This document shows, piece by piece, positions 38,749-49,469 of a stretch of DNA of 64,000 bases. Under the pieces are notes generated by a model, which saw only the letters and a program-made list of their open reading frames with translations, was not told the DNA's origin and searched no databases. Numbering within the stretch: position 1 is the stretch's first letter; each line of letters begins with the position of its first letter. The stretch is taken from IMG/VR virus record IMGVR_UViG_3300025168_000059; one strand, 5' to 3'. A program made the position numbers and the translations under genes. Origin of the DNA: an uncultured virus (IMG/VR IMGVR_UViG_3300025168_000059) (taxonomy: Duplodnaviria; Heunggongvirae; Uroviricota; Caudoviricetes).

Positions 38749-39161
38749 TATTTTATTATTTTTATTAAATTATTAATTTGTTTAGCTGTAATCTCTTCAG
38801 GTAAATTTTCTTCTTCAAAAATATTAAGTTCTATTTCTACTTCTTCTTCCATCATTTTTTGAACTTCTTCCATTTGATTTTGTCTACTTTCTACTAATTC
38901 TTTATTCTCTTCTTCTAATTTATTTATCTTTTCTTTAGAATCTTCTGAATTAAGATTAGCAAGTTGATTTACTTCTGCTGCTAATTTCATAAATTCTTCA
39001 GAAGGTTTACCTGCCTCTTCTAACTCTTTAAGGGCTTTTTGAAGAATAACAATATTTTTACTTACTGTTAAACTAAATTTTTTCCCTTTTAATTCTTGAA
39101 CTGAAAACAATCCGTTTATAATAGTTACGAATTCTCCTTTTTTTGCTTTAATTGTTGTCAT
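38748..39161 (-). CDS. Coiled-coil protein, possible tail-fibre assembly chaperone
   Basis: 137 aa, E/K-rich helical. Immediately downstream of a fibre gene. Confidence 0.4.
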   Translation of the reverse strand: MTTIKAKKGEFVTIINGLFSVQELKGKKFSLTVSKNIVILQKALKELEEAGKPSEEFMKLAAEVNQLANLNSEDSKEKINKLEEENKELVESRQNQMEEVQKMMEEEVEIELNIFEEENLPEEITAKQINNLIKIIK

Positions 39162-39185
39162 TTTATATATTGGTTTTTGTTAATA

Positions 39186-40634
39186 TTAACTATTGTTTAT
39201 CACTAAAAAGTGAATTTTACTTGCTGTTGTAGAGGTAGAACTAGCAGAATGTGGATTTACAATACTAATTTTAAAACTGCCTCCAGCTATTGTGTGAATT
39301 GCACAAGCAAGTTGTTTATTATTTACAGTATTTTCATCTTGCATAGTAACAAGAATTACTGAATCTGCTTGTACAGTACTATTAGTTACTGTAAATTCTG
39401 CATTTGTTGTAGCAGCTAAAGCTACTGCTGCTAGTGTAATTACTCCTGAAGTTGCATTAATTGTAACTGCAGTTGTATGATCTGTTGCTTGAGTAACCGT
39501 TCCACTGCCAGCATGTATAATTCCTTTAGTTGCTGCAGTTATCTGTAAATTACCTACTTCAATTTGAAGATCTGGAGCAGCTGAACCTCCAGTTAAAGTT
39601 GTACCAGCAACAGCACTTCCAGATCCATCATATGTATAGCTTCTAATACTACCTGCAGTTCCCCCAGCTTCATTACCTCCAAATAAACTAAGATTTCCTC
39701 CATTACCACCTCCAGATGCAGCACTACCAGCTTTTAATTCTAAGTCTGCTGCATTTCCAGAAGCACTACTTCCTCCTTCAATTGTAAGTTTTTGACCTGC
39801 TGTAGAGCTTGCTGTAGCAGTTGGTTTAATTGTAGGTGCAGTGTCATTAGTAAACCTAATACTACCTTTTACATTTAAACTTTCAGCAAAAGCTGCTGTA
39901 GGTCCAGATTGCCCTATAAATACTTTACCGTCATTATCTACTGCAATTCCTTCATCTGTTCCATCTCCAGAAAGCCATCCAGCCCCATTATTAGTATCTA
40001 TATTATAAGTAGTTGCAGTACCATCATATAAATCTATATTTGCTGTTGCATTTGCAATAGTTGCAGCTATTGACACACTTCCTGCACCGTTTGTAATTGT
40101 TACCCCTGTGCCTGCTGTAAGTGTTGCTAAAGTAGGAATTCCAGTTGTTGAATTACCTATAAGTAATTGTCCATTTGTAGACAATGGAGAAGTAGCTTTA
40201 ATTACATCGTCTGCACTAGCATAAAGCAATGAGCCTTTTGCTATTGTTTCTAAACCTGTACCTCCATTTACTACAGGACATTGCCCTGTAATAATTTGTG
40301 CAAAATTCATAGATGTTAAAAATCCAGAAGTTTCATTACTACACTTAGATAAATCTATACCAGATTCTACTAAAGTTAATAATATATTATTAGTATCTGT
40401 AGTTGCTGTTAATTTAGCTGTGTCTGCAGACTTTATACCCTTAAAGTTTAATTGATTTTTATTTGTAGCACTTATAAATAAATCTTGTCCTCCAGTACCT
40501 GTAGTTGACATTGTAGGAAATAAACCTGCAACTAGTAATTTTTTTAAAGCTCCAGTACTTTGATTTTGAACTTCAATAAAATCATATATATTGTCTACAC
40601 TAGTTTTTGCTAAAGTTTGTAAATTTTGTATCAT
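39186..40634 (-). CDS. Tail fibre/spike protein
   Basis: 482 aa. PVVNGGTG, LTAGTGVTITNGAGSVSI and Gly-rich repeats. Confidence 0.7.
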   Translation of the reverse strand: MIQNLQTLAKTSVDNIYDFIEVQNQSTGALKKLLVAGLFPTMSTTGTGGQDLFISATNKNQLNFKGIKSADTAKLTATTDTNNILLTLVESGIDLSKCSNETSGFLTSMNFAQIITGQCPVVNGGTGLETIAKGSLLYASADDVIKATSPLSTNGQLLIGNSTTGIPTLATLTAGTGVTITNGAGSVSIAATIANATANIDLYDGTATTYNIDTNNGAGWLSGDGTDEGIAVDNDGKVFIGQSGPTAAFAESLNVKGSIRFTNDTAPTIKPTATASSTAGQKLTIEGGSSASGNAADLELKAGSAASGGGNGGNLSLFGGNEAGGTAGSIRSYTYDGSGSAVAGTTLTGGSAAPDLQIEVGNLQITAATKGIIHAGSGTVTQATDHTTAVTINATSGVITLAAVALAATTNAEFTVTNSTVQADSVILVTMQDENTVNNKQLACAIHTIAGGSFKISIVNPHSASSTSTTASKIHFLVINNS

Positions 40635-40660
40635 TTTTTAATTATTTATATTATTTTTTA

Positions 40661-43600
40661 TTATTGTTGCCAAGCAGGTGGTATGTTACAGTCTTTACAA
40701 TATTTATTTACAAATTTAAGAAAATTATCGTAATAATTGATATTTGTAGTTATATCTACAAAATTATTATCTGAACACTGTGCATAATTTCCACTAGCAA
40801 TTCCAGTTGCTGTTTCTGGATTTAAACCATTTAAAGCAAATGCAAATGGACTTCCTTGATTAGTAGTTATACTTATTACTTTCCAAATTAATCCGCTAGG
40901 CATTTTAATAACATCTCCTAAACCAAGTTTATGACTAGCTACAAAAAATAATGCAGGATCAGTAATTGTAGTTCCTTCTCCAGATGTCCACGAAGTTCCT
41001 AAAACAGGAGACCCACTTGTTGCAGCATCATTTAAACCTGTATATTTACTGCCTTGCACCCAAAGGTCATTACAATTATTAATAATAGTATTTATGTCAG
41101 GTGTTCCTTTATCTGCACAATTAAATAAACATCCTAATCCAAATCCATTTTCACTTTTAGCAGCTTTTAACACATATCCTAATAGTATTAGTTTCCACTT
41201 ATTCATTGTAGAGCAATCTACATTTGTACCTATTTTATATTCATCAAGCCAATTACTACCTTTTTGAGCTAAACAAGCTTTTAGTGTTAATATAGCTTTT
41301 TTTAAATGTTTAGGTATGCATCTATTTTTTTCATTTATGTACTCACAACTACCATCATCTGTTATTGCATTAGGATTATAATTTGCTGCGTTAGGATCTG
41401 TACAACCTCCATAGATACAACTTCCATCATCACAAGTTGCTGTTGGATCATAATTAACTGCTAAAGGATCTGTACATCCAGCTCCTGGAGCGCTAGAGCT
41501 TATAGAAAAAGTTGTTTCTACAATACAAGAAAGATTATCTATTGTACGTAATACATATACTCCTGGAGGTAGTCCTGTAACTATAACTGTAGCACCGTCA
41601 AGCGCTAAAGTTCCGTAAAATGCAAAGTGGTCCCAAATTTGATTTGCAGAACTACAACATACTCCAGTAAAAATAGCTGCTTGGAAAGCTGTAGATCCAT
41701 TTGTAGAATTATATGTAAATGTTAGTTGTCCATCTGAATTTGGACCCGTACAAGTACCAGTAGCATCTGTAGTTGTAATAAGTATATTAGGTGGATCTGC
41801 ACAAGGTAAGTTACAACATGGCGGATCACTAACAGTTGCTGTAGGAATATATATTCCACAATCACAACTGTATTCAAAATTAGTAGCTGCAGGATCTAAA
41901 CATGCTTTATACTCACAAGTACCATCATCTACTGTTGCGGCAGGATCATAATTTATTGCACAAGAATCTGTACACCCATCTGAACCAGAAGGTAAGCAGT
42001 TAACTTGACAATCTATTACAGTTGCATAAGTACCTGTACCATCACCTGGATCAACACATCCAAGCACAGGATCGCAATTATAAGATTCAAATATACAAGG
42101 TCCTGGACACTGAGCAACCGGATTATAATTTAGTGCCAGTGGATCTAAACACCCATCACTAGGTTGTGTCCAATAAATACTAACACTATAAATACACGGA
42201 GTACCATCTGCTAAAAGTCTATGTAATTCAAAAGTATATGTACCTGTCCCATATTGATTCATAAGAGAAGTAGAGGTTGAATCTATTAGTAGACTATTAG
42301 TCCCCATTTGCCCACCATTACTTTCCGGACCTGTTACTCCTAGCCCATAGCCAGAAACATCATTAGCCGCTCCTTGTGTAAATTGATTAGCAACAGGAAC
42401 GCCATTAAATAACCAAACCTGAGTACGAAATCCTCCATCTGCACCTGTCATAAATGTACCAGCAGCAAATCCAGTACCATTACAACCAGCTCCTCCATAT
42501 CCAACCATAAAAGCTCCCCACACGGTTGGATTACACAAACTTGCATTAAGTAAATTATTAGTGCAATTTGGTACGCAATCACAAAAGTTATAATTAGGGT
42601 CATCACTTATTTCTATTGCAGGAATTGCAACTGGACAATTAGGGTTAGAAACACTAGAGCATAGTGAAGCATCAGGTATTCTAAAGTCACTTGGCACTGT
42701 TGTGTTATAATCTGGATTTAATGGGTCATCGCAAACCGGAACTTTTACTGTAATATATATCCAAGTAAAACACTCTTCAACTTCTAAAACATGATTTGAA
42801 TCAACAAATTGTACTTTAACCGCATAGTGCCCATAAGCTAAACCTGTAAAAGAATTCTGAGGATTGTAACTAAAAGTAGTAGAAGCTATCCCTGTTTGTG
42901 TTGAAATTACTGATCCTATAGTAGTAGGATCTCCAGGTATTGTAACAGGATAAATAGCCATTGTATAAGTCTCAGTAGACCCAAGACTTACATATGATTG
43001 TAAAGCAGGATCTAAAATTGTTCCTATAGCGGCAATACCGTCAGATTGTGGAACATTACTTGCATTTACAGTTGCATCAGTAATAACAGCTGTATGATTA
43101 GTAAATAGATCTCCTAGATCATTTCCATTTGTATCTTCTAATTTTCCTGTAGTAGCATCACATAAAAGACAACTTCCATCGTCATTAACTGCAGAAGCGT
43201 CATAATTTATTGCAGTATTATCAGTACAGCCATCAGGAGGTGGACATTGCGTAAGAGTTACATTTGTTGTAATTACACATCCCGAGTCATCTGTAACTGT
43301 TAAAATATAATGTGTTCCTGCTAAAGCGCCTTCATTAGGAGCAAGACTTCCAAAATAAAATCTAAATCCAGCTGCAAAAGTTAAAGTTACTGTAGCAGCT
43401 GCTGTTGCTTGAACAGTATTTCCTACTGCATCTTGAAGTGAAAACCTTGTTACATTAGTACCCGCTGTTCCAGTCAAAATAGTATCAACATAAGTTCCAG
43501 CTGGTATCCCCGCCCCACTTACTTCCATCCAAGGTACAATAGTACTACTAGATGGGCAAGTAACTTGATGTTCTGTTCCACCTGTTGTGTTTGTTACACA

Positions 43601-45187
43601 ACTAGCTTGAGTAACTGTATTTCCTCCTGTTGGAGGCGTTGTTTGAGTTAACGATGTTCCATTACTTAAAGCTAAAGTATATGTAAATTTACTACCACTA
43701 GCAAAAGGGTCTCCTGTTGGAACTATACTAGTCCACGGAGGATCAGTAGTTGTAACTTCTATATATCCATCACTTCGGCCAAAACCTACACACTGCGTAA
43801 TTGCTTCAACTTGCAGTAAACATCCTGAACAACAAACGTTATTAGGAACAAACGTAGTAATATTATGGTTTACTCCTCCAGGTAAATTATCTGTCGGAAT
43901 AGTTGCTCCAGTACAATCTTGACTAGTTGTTAAATAATATAAAGGGTCACCAAAATTATCACACACATTAAAAACATGAAGAGGATTAGGGGGAACAGGA
44001 GCTGTTAAATTTTCTGCATAAAATATTTTATATGTATAATAATAGTGAGGGTTAACACCAACACCATCAAGTCCTCTAGTAGCTAATTCATATGCTGCAC
44101 TCCAAGTCATAACATTGTCACCTAAAGAGTCCCATATATCAGCAGTTATATATCTTGATCCAATTTCAACTAGTGGGTCTATAGGGGAATAAGTAGCTTG
44201 TGGAAAAGATGCGGGAGTATAAGTTCCTTGCATAAAACCAATGTTTGCATTCATTGTAGCTTTTATTCCTGCAAGATCCATAAGAGTACCATTTTGTGTC
44301 TCTAAATCACCGTGCCATTGAGGATTATTTTCTTGTAAAATAAAATCTATTTTGTGCCATTCTTGCCTATTACTATTAAACGCATCAGGAGTAGTAAGTC
44401 CATTTAATCCATACATATGAGCCAATCTATCGTTATGACTTGTCATAGTAGTACCATCTAAAAAACAAGTAGTTAAATTAGATTGAGGATGTGCTGGTAT
44501 TTCTACAAGTTGTTCAGAAGATGTAAAAGATGGATTAGTATTTATTCCTCCAAGTGTTGTAGCATTAATCCCACCCCATTTACTAAATATATGATAAGGC
44601 GTATTTACAAGCGGACTACCAGGAGCACCTCCTTTCTCAAATGATGCTTGTCGAGTAACTGAATAAAAATTATTTATAGGAACACCCATACCATCAACAG
44701 CTGCCTGACTATGAGCACTATAATAACCACTTGAAGCATTAAAACCTGCACCATACGTATTACCAGCCAATGTTAAATTTGGCATATCTAACATAAATTT
44801 TGTGTTATATGCGCCACTAAAATGCTTAAATATAACTAAAGGAACGTTAAAAACTTCAATATGCCCAGTTGTAAAAGTAACTTGAATGTTTCTTATTGAA
44901 ACAAGTTGTGTACTAGCAATAGGAAACGGAAACACGTACCTAATTGCTATAGTACCACCAGAATATCCCGCAGTAGGAAGAAGTACCCCAGGCTGTATAG
45001 TCCCACCTAAAGCACCATCTCCAGTTACATCTTGTGCATCAACTATATAATCCCATCCACTACCACTATTTTTTTGATCCGAAATTAAAATTTCTGGTCT
45101 TGGAGAAGAATATCCGCCATTACTACCAGGAATAACTCCAAAAAATATAGGAGGATTTGATGTTATAGTAATTAATCTTTTATTCAC
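40661..45187 (-). CDS. Large Cys-rich structural/adhesin protein with GCTD and SprB-like repeats
   Basis: 1508 aa, no signal peptide. Repeats GCTDPxAxNYDPxAxxDDGSC and segments like VTGLPPGVYVLRTIDNLSC and YILTVTDDSGC. Confidence 0.65.
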   Translation of the reverse strand: MNKRLITITSNPPIFFGVIPGSNGGYSSPRPEILISDQKNSGSGWDYIVDAQDVTGDGALGGTIQPGVLLPTAGYSGGTIAIRYVFPFPIASTQLVSIRNIQVTFTTGHIEVFNVPLVIFKHFSGAYNTKFMLDMPNLTLAGNTYGAGFNASSGYYSAHSQAAVDGMGVPINNFYSVTRQASFEKGGAPGSPLVNTPYHIFSKWGGINATTLGGINTNPSFTSSEQLVEIPAHPQSNLTTCFLDGTTMTSHNDRLAHMYGLNGLTTPDAFNSNRQEWHKIDFILQENNPQWHGDLETQNGTLMDLAGIKATMNANIGFMQGTYTPASFPQATYSPIDPLVEIGSRYITADIWDSLGDNVMTWSAAYELATRGLDGVGVNPHYYYTYKIFYAENLTAPVPPNPLHVFNVCDNFGDPLYYLTTSQDCTGATIPTDNLPGGVNHNITTFVPNNVCCSGCLLQVEAITQCVGFGRSDGYIEVTTTDPPWTSIVPTGDPFASGSKFTYTLALSNGTSLTQTTPPTGGNTVTQASCVTNTTGGTEHQVTCPSSSTIVPWMEVSGAGIPAGTYVDTILTGTAGTNVTRFSLQDAVGNTVQATAAATVTLTFAAGFRFYFGSLAPNEGALAGTHYILTVTDDSGCVITTNVTLTQCPPPDGCTDNTAINYDASAVNDDGSCLLCDATTGKLEDTNGNDLGDLFTNHTAVITDATVNASNVPQSDGIAAIGTILDPALQSYVSLGSTETYTMAIYPVTIPGDPTTIGSVISTQTGIASTTFSYNPQNSFTGLAYGHYAVKVQFVDSNHVLEVEECFTWIYITVKVPVCDDPLNPDYNTTVPSDFRIPDASLCSSVSNPNCPVAIPAIEISDDPNYNFCDCVPNCTNNLLNASLCNPTVWGAFMVGYGGAGCNGTGFAAGTFMTGADGGFRTQVWLFNGVPVANQFTQGAANDVSGYGLGVTGPESNGGQMGTNSLLIDSTSTSLMNQYGTGTYTFELHRLLADGTPCIYSVSIYWTQPSDGCLDPLALNYNPVAQCPGPCIFESYNCDPVLGCVDPGDGTGTYATVIDCQVNCLPSGSDGCTDSCAINYDPAATVDDGTCEYKACLDPAATNFEYSCDCGIYIPTATVSDPPCCNLPCADPPNILITTTDATGTCTGPNSDGQLTFTYNSTNGSTAFQAAIFTGVCCSSANQIWDHFAFYGTLALDGATVIVTGLPPGVYVLRTIDNLSCIVETTFSISSSAPGAGCTDPLAVNYDPTATCDDGSCIYGGCTDPNAANYNPNAITDDGSCEYINEKNRCIPKHLKKAILTLKACLAQKGSNWLDEYKIGTNVDCSTMNKWKLILLGYVLKAAKSENGFGLGCLFNCADKGTPDINTIINNCNDLWVQGSKYTGLNDAATSGSPVLGTSWTSGEGTTITDPALFFVASHKLGLGDVIKMPSGLIWKVISITTNQGSPFAFALNGLNPETATGIASGNYAQCSDNNFVDITTNINYYDNFLKFVNKYCKDCNIPPAWQQ

Positions 45188-45206
45188 GTATAATTATTTT
45201 TTTAAA

Positions 45207-45722
45207 TTAACATTCGCAACCACAACTTCCGTCACAAAGCTCTTTTGCTTTTTTATACTTATCAACTATATCTTCATATTCTCCCATTACTGTACTTCCT
45301 CCAGGATTAGAATTTATTTCTTCTACTTTAGCTATAGCTGATTGTAATAATAAATATACTTTCTGAGCTTTTGCTAAAGCACTAGAACATTTAGGACAAT
45401 CACATTCGCAGGCTAATAATTCATTAGTTAATTTTGTTAAACAACAATCTATATCACAATGCACTAAAACTGCTTTAGAAATAGTAGGGGTAGTTAACGA
45501 TCCTTCTGTTACTGAAATTATAAAAACTCCTGTACTAGAAGATAAAGTGTTAAGAGGTATACGTAATTTAGTAACTAGACTACTAAATGTCAAATTATAA
45601 GACGCTGGAGATCCTCCCGGTAGGCTCGTTACTGTAAGTGTTCCGGACGAAGAGGTTGTTATAGGTCTATAGCTAACATCTATGCTTTTACAAAAATTAA
45701 CGGATTTTATATTTAATGCCAT
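45207..45722 (-). CDS. Cys-rich structural protein (tail hub-like)
   Basis: 171 aa. CDIDCC, CECDCPKC and terminal CDGSCGCEC. Confidence 0.45.
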   Translation of the reverse strand: MALNIKSVNFCKSIDVSYRPITTSSSGTLTVTSLPGGSPASYNLTFSSLVTKLRIPLNTLSSSTGVFIISVTEGSLTTPTISKAVLVHCDIDCCLTKLTNELLACECDCPKCSSALAKAQKVYLLLQSAIAKVEEINSNPGGSTVMGEYEDIVDKYKKAKELCDGSCGCEC

Positions 45723-45742
45723 AGCTTAAATTTATTTGTATT

Positions 45743-45784
45743 AAAAAAAAGACCAATAGGGGGACAATGCCCCCTATAAGTCTT
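45743..45784 (-). terminator. Rho-independent terminator after the capsid operon
   Basis: Minus strand reads ATAGGGGGC-ATT-GTCCCCCTAT with a further GAC/GTC pairing, then T8. Confidence 0.85.
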
Positions 45785-45798
45785 ATTAAAGTTAACGA

Positions 45799-46311
45799 TT
45801 ATGAGAAATCGCCAGTTTGTACGTAATGTACAAAAAGTGAAAGTTTACCTACTGAAACAGCTACATCGTCTGCTAATGTAAGTACAAGTTCTTTGTTAGC
45901 TGTTAAGTGTGTCATAGTTGCTGCATTTAAAGCGATTACTTCTAGTGCGGCGTCATGAGCTCCATCAGCACCTAATGCTGCACCCATACCAACTAAAGTA
46001 CCGTGAATACCTGCATCCCACTGTCCGCCAGCTACACCGTTTGTACCAGTTGCACTAATTGCAATATTAGCTACAAATGCTCCAGTAGCGCCTACGTATC
46101 CTAAAGATAAGCCTGCTGAGTCATCACCACCATCTGCAAACGTTGTTGCTACGTGATAGTATGCCTTAGTAATTAAAGCGCCATCTGGAATAATAACACT
46201 TCCAGCAGTACAAGAAGCAGAAGCATTATTTGCTAATGTTGTTGATGCTGCATCCCATGTAGCAATTGCTATTTGTTCGCCTCCGTAAAGAGGATTATTT
46301 CCTTGATTCAT
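45799..46311 (-). CDS. Capsid decoration / head fibre-like protein
   Basis: 170 aa, Ala/Gly-rich beta protein. IPDGALIT...V.TTF and GKLSLFVHY motifs. Confidence 0.5.
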   Translation of the reverse strand: MNQGNNPLYGGEQIAIATWDAASTTLANNASASCTAGSVIIPDGALITKAYYHVATTFADGGDDSAGLSLGYVGATGAFVANIAISATGTNGVAGGQWDAGIHGTLVGMGAALGADGAHDAALEVIALNAATMTHLTANKELVLTLADDVAVSVGKLSLFVHYVQTGDFS

Positions 46312-46346
46312 TTTTTTATATTTTAAAAGTTATTAAATTTAGATTA

Positions 46347-47294
46347 TTATATGTTTACATTTGCAAATCCACAATCATTCATGTAAGGATTAAGTCTTGA
46401 TTCTAATCCTGCTCCTTGACCATCAACAATTGCAATTGAAATATGCATAATGTTATCTACTCCGTGAACTTGAGATTGAGAACTTCCATCTTTTGTTGCT
46501 GCAATAGAATACATATCATAATTAGATCCTACTACTGAATAGTTTGCTGGAGGTTTTGGTAATTGAACTCTGTCATAGTAACCATATTGATTACCCCACC
46601 ACTGCTCTTCAATTTTTCTAACTAAATACCCGTTACCAGCACCTGCATCTGCAGATTGAGTTGGAGTTGTTGTAGTCCATGTTGCAGTTATACCTGCTGG
46701 TACATCCGTACATGATACAACAAATGTTGAAGGATTTTCATCCCAAATTGTTCCGTCATCGTTTGTGTTTCCTGCTATACTTCCTTCAAATACGTTAGCT
46801 GTACCAGTATCAGTAGCTAGTGCATCTAACCATTGTGGAGCATTTGCTGCATTATACGCAGCTGTAACTAAAGCATCAACTGCTGTAGCCGCTGTTCCTG
46901 TAGGAACATCAGTATCGAAACTAAAAGAGTCAAATCCAGGTACATCAGTTCTAACTAGTTTAATTGAAACAGTTCCAGCTGCTGTAGAAGTTCCTCCTAA
47001 AGTTACTGTATGTTTGTGAGAAGTTGGAGCCGCATAAGTTTGTCCATCCCAGTTAATAACATCAGAACCGTAAATCCAAGGACTTACAATGTTTACTGTA
47101 CCAGTACCTTGTACAATTCTAAACTGTTCAGTGTTTGTTCTTAAATCACCTGGACTCATTGATGTCGGTCCACTAATATTAGAAACTTTCTGCACGTCAA
47201 TTGCACCAGCTCCTAATAATCCACTTGTATAAGCCGCTCCTCCAGCTGCAGAAATTCCAGCTGTTTCAGTCCCTATATAAATATGTCTTGCCAT
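46347..47294 (-). CDS. Auxiliary capsid / structural protein
   Basis: 315 aa. GAGNGYLVRKIEEQWWG.YG motif. Position three genes downstream of the MCP. Confidence 0.55.
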   Translation of the reverse strand: MARHIYIGTETAGISAAGGAAYTSGLLGAGAIDVQKVSNISGPTSMSPGDLRTNTEQFRIVQGTGTVNIVSPWIYGSDVINWDGQTYAAPTSHKHTVTLGGTSTAAGTVSIKLVRTDVPGFDSFSFDTDVPTGTAATAVDALVTAAYNAANAPQWLDALATDTGTANVFEGSIAGNTNDDGTIWDENPSTFVVSCTDVPAGITATWTTTTPTQSADAGAGNGYLVRKIEEQWWGNQYGYYDRVQLPKPPANYSVVGSNYDMYSIAATKDGSSQSQVHGVDNIMHISIAIVDGQGAGLESRLNPYMNDCGFANVNI

Positions 47295-47317
47295 TTTTTT
47301 AAATTTTTATTTATTAA

Positions 47318-48487
47318 TTATTCATTTTTGTTTGCTTCATTTGAAGCTGATTTATATCGAGGGTCACCAAATCCCTCTAAAATACTGCTTACAGCCGTGT
47401 CAACAATTTCTTGGTGACAATGTTCTGGAAGTTCGCAGTCAATCCCCAAAGATAGTGAAATTTTTTGAGGTTTTCTTATGTATGTAATTTTTACTCTGTC
47501 TATTATAAATATATCACTAGTATACAAATCAATGTTGTTACCACGTATAGTTGTAAGCGGAGCAGTGTATTTTGTAGTATTAAAAGGATCATCTAAAACT
47601 TTAGATATATCATCGTGTTGTACAAACTTATTTAAAGAGTATTCTCTATCTCCATTAATCAAAGTTCTAGTTTGAACTGCGTTTAAATCATCATATAATA
47701 AATCTGATTTAGGATTTATAGGATCTTCATAAGATACTCCACTAGGATGTATAGCAACAGCTTGAGTTATAAGATTACTCCCTGAAATAGCATTTGTAAC
47801 AGAAGCGTCATAATTAGCCCAAGGATGCTGATTAGTGTCTACTACAACTATATAATGTCCTGGAAAATTTAAATGAGCATAACTATCTAAATACCATTGA
47901 AACCCAACTCCCCAACTTAAAGGATCTAAAAGAGCTGTTTGTAAAGCTACATCATCAGCAGGATAATTATAAAGAGCATCAGGATTAAAATTTATCATAG
48001 GTATGTCTCCTAATAATAAATTAGTCACATCTGCAATCATATTTACACTTCTCATATATGTAGTTGCACCATCATTAAGATTATTAACAGGTATTTTAAA
48101 ATATGTAATATCACCACTAACTGCTTCTAATCCAAAATTAATTGGATCACAGTTCTCAATAAGTACTTCAGATCTTTGATTAACTAAATATAAATAATCT
48201 ACAGGTAGTTGAAAAGTATCTACAAAAATTTTAGTGTCATACTGTTCTTTATAGATTACCGTATTAGAGTATTCTACAACTAAAGTTCTAAGATCATCAA
48301 TTCTTTTTTGAGACTCTTCAAATCCTTTATTATATTTATTATTAATACCATATTTAGAATTAATAAATCTAGACATTGTTTTATTTAATTCAATATCTAC
48401 TTCTTCAGACAAAAGCAAATCAGCTTGGAGTGAATTAATTTTATCCACTCCTTGCTGAATTGCCAAATGCATTTGATTTACATTCAT
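47318..48487 (-). CDS. Tail ring / head-tail adaptor (P22 gp4-like)
   Basis: GFEESQKRIDDLRTLV, ITYIRKP and CELPEHCHQEIVD.AV motifs. Confidence 0.75.
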   Translation of the reverse strand: MNVNQMHLAIQQGVDKINSLQADLLLSEEVDIELNKTMSRFINSKYGINNKYNKGFEESQKRIDDLRTLVVEYSNTVIYKEQYDTKIFVDTFQLPVDYLYLVNQRSEVLIENCDPINFGLEAVSGDITYFKIPVNNLNDGATTYMRSVNMIADVTNLLLGDIPMINFNPDALYNYPADDVALQTALLDPLSWGVGFQWYLDSYAHLNFPGHYIVVVDTNQHPWANYDASVTNAISGSNLITQAVAIHPSGVSYEDPINPKSDLLYDDLNAVQTRTLINGDREYSLNKFVQHDDISKVLDDPFNTTKYTAPLTTIRGNNIDLYTSDIFIIDRVKITYIRKPQKISLSLGIDCELPEHCHQEIVDTAVSSILEGFGDPRYKSASNEANKNE

Positions 48488-48488
48488 A

Positions 48489-49301
48489 TTATATTAAGGA
48501 TACTTCCTTAAGTTTTGCTCGTAAAGTTATTAATTTACCAGAGTTCTTCTTATCTTTTAAATGAATAATAGTATCTTCAAGTGTATCTCCTAAAATCTCA
48601 TCCATAAATACTACCTGGTTTCCAATTCGTCTAATAACACTTGCACTAATCATTTCTTCAATTTCAGCTTTTAACTCTAAATTTTTATCTGTAGCTATTT
48701 TAAAGAATTTTTTAGGGTCTTTATTTTTAAGTTCATATAAAGAATTTTCAACTTGCTCTGAAGTTAATCTATCAGGATTAATGTTAGAAATAATTCTTAG
48801 TATTCGTTTCATTGATTTTAAATCACTAGAAACTTTAATAAATTCTTTATCTGCATCTTTTCTAAGTTGAATATCGTTATTCCTAACTTTATCATCTCTA
48901 GTAAGATCCTGAATATAAAATCTTTTATTTTGATCTCTATTCATTTCTTCTTTAGTTAATGCTACTTGTGGGTGCTTTAAAGCAAAATTATATTTAATGT
49001 AATCCATTATTTGTAATGGTTCATCACTATCATTTAATCCTACTTCAAGTTCAACACCAGTCCATCCTACAGGAATTGTTAGATTTGTCCAAAACTCTTT
49101 TGTATGCTTTGGCCATTCTACATGCCCAGGAGCTACATCTACTTGATTGCTCAAGTATTTTTTTTCTTCTTCTCCTGTAAATCCTCTTAGTGGTTGCCTA
49201 TCTACAAAGACACTACTCAGTTTATAAACTGCTTCAGCTCTTACTTCTTTAGGCAAGTGATTTAACACTTCTTTTTGTCTTAATGTTACTTTTTTACTCA
49301 T
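48489..49301 (-). CDS. Conserved crAss-like protein downstream of the MCP
   Basis: 270 aa. FW, YNFALKHPQVA and KDPKKF motifs. Syntenic position. Confidence 0.6.
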   Translation of the reverse strand: MSKKVTLRQKEVLNHLPKEVRAEAVYKLSSVFVDRQPLRGFTGEEEKKYLSNQVDVAPGHVEWPKHTKEFWTNLTIPVGWTGVELEVGLNDSDEPLQIMDYIKYNFALKHPQVALTKEEMNRDQNKRFYIQDLTRDDKVRNNDIQLRKDADKEFIKVSSDLKSMKRILRIISNINPDRLTSEQVENSLYELKNKDPKKFFKIATDKNLELKAEIEEMISASVIRRIGNQVVFMDEILGDTLEDTIIHLKDKKNSGKLITLRAKLKEVSLI

Positions 49302-49375
49302 AATAATAGTTCTTTTAAAGTTTAAATTAGGTGGATGTAAAGAATAACTCTCCGGATATATAATTAATTAAAGCA

Positions 49376-49395
49376 GTGGGGGATTGCTCCCCCAC
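49376..49395 (-). terminator. GNRA-capped hairpin after the MCP (weak terminator or mRNA stabiliser)
   Basis: Minus strand GTGGGGGA-GCAA-TCCCCCAC, followed by only TGCTTTAATT. Confidence 0.6.
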
Positions 49396-49469
49396 AACCT
49401 TAATCAAAAACCAATATATAGACGCACGTTAATGCCAATATTATACTACTACTGTTTTAAACCTGTGTA

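Noticed and set aside
32616..45187. Repeats as a CRISPR array or DGR template/variable pair
   Set aside because: The repeats are protein-level and degenerate in DNA. I saw no reverse transcriptase and no adenine-specific near-identical pair.
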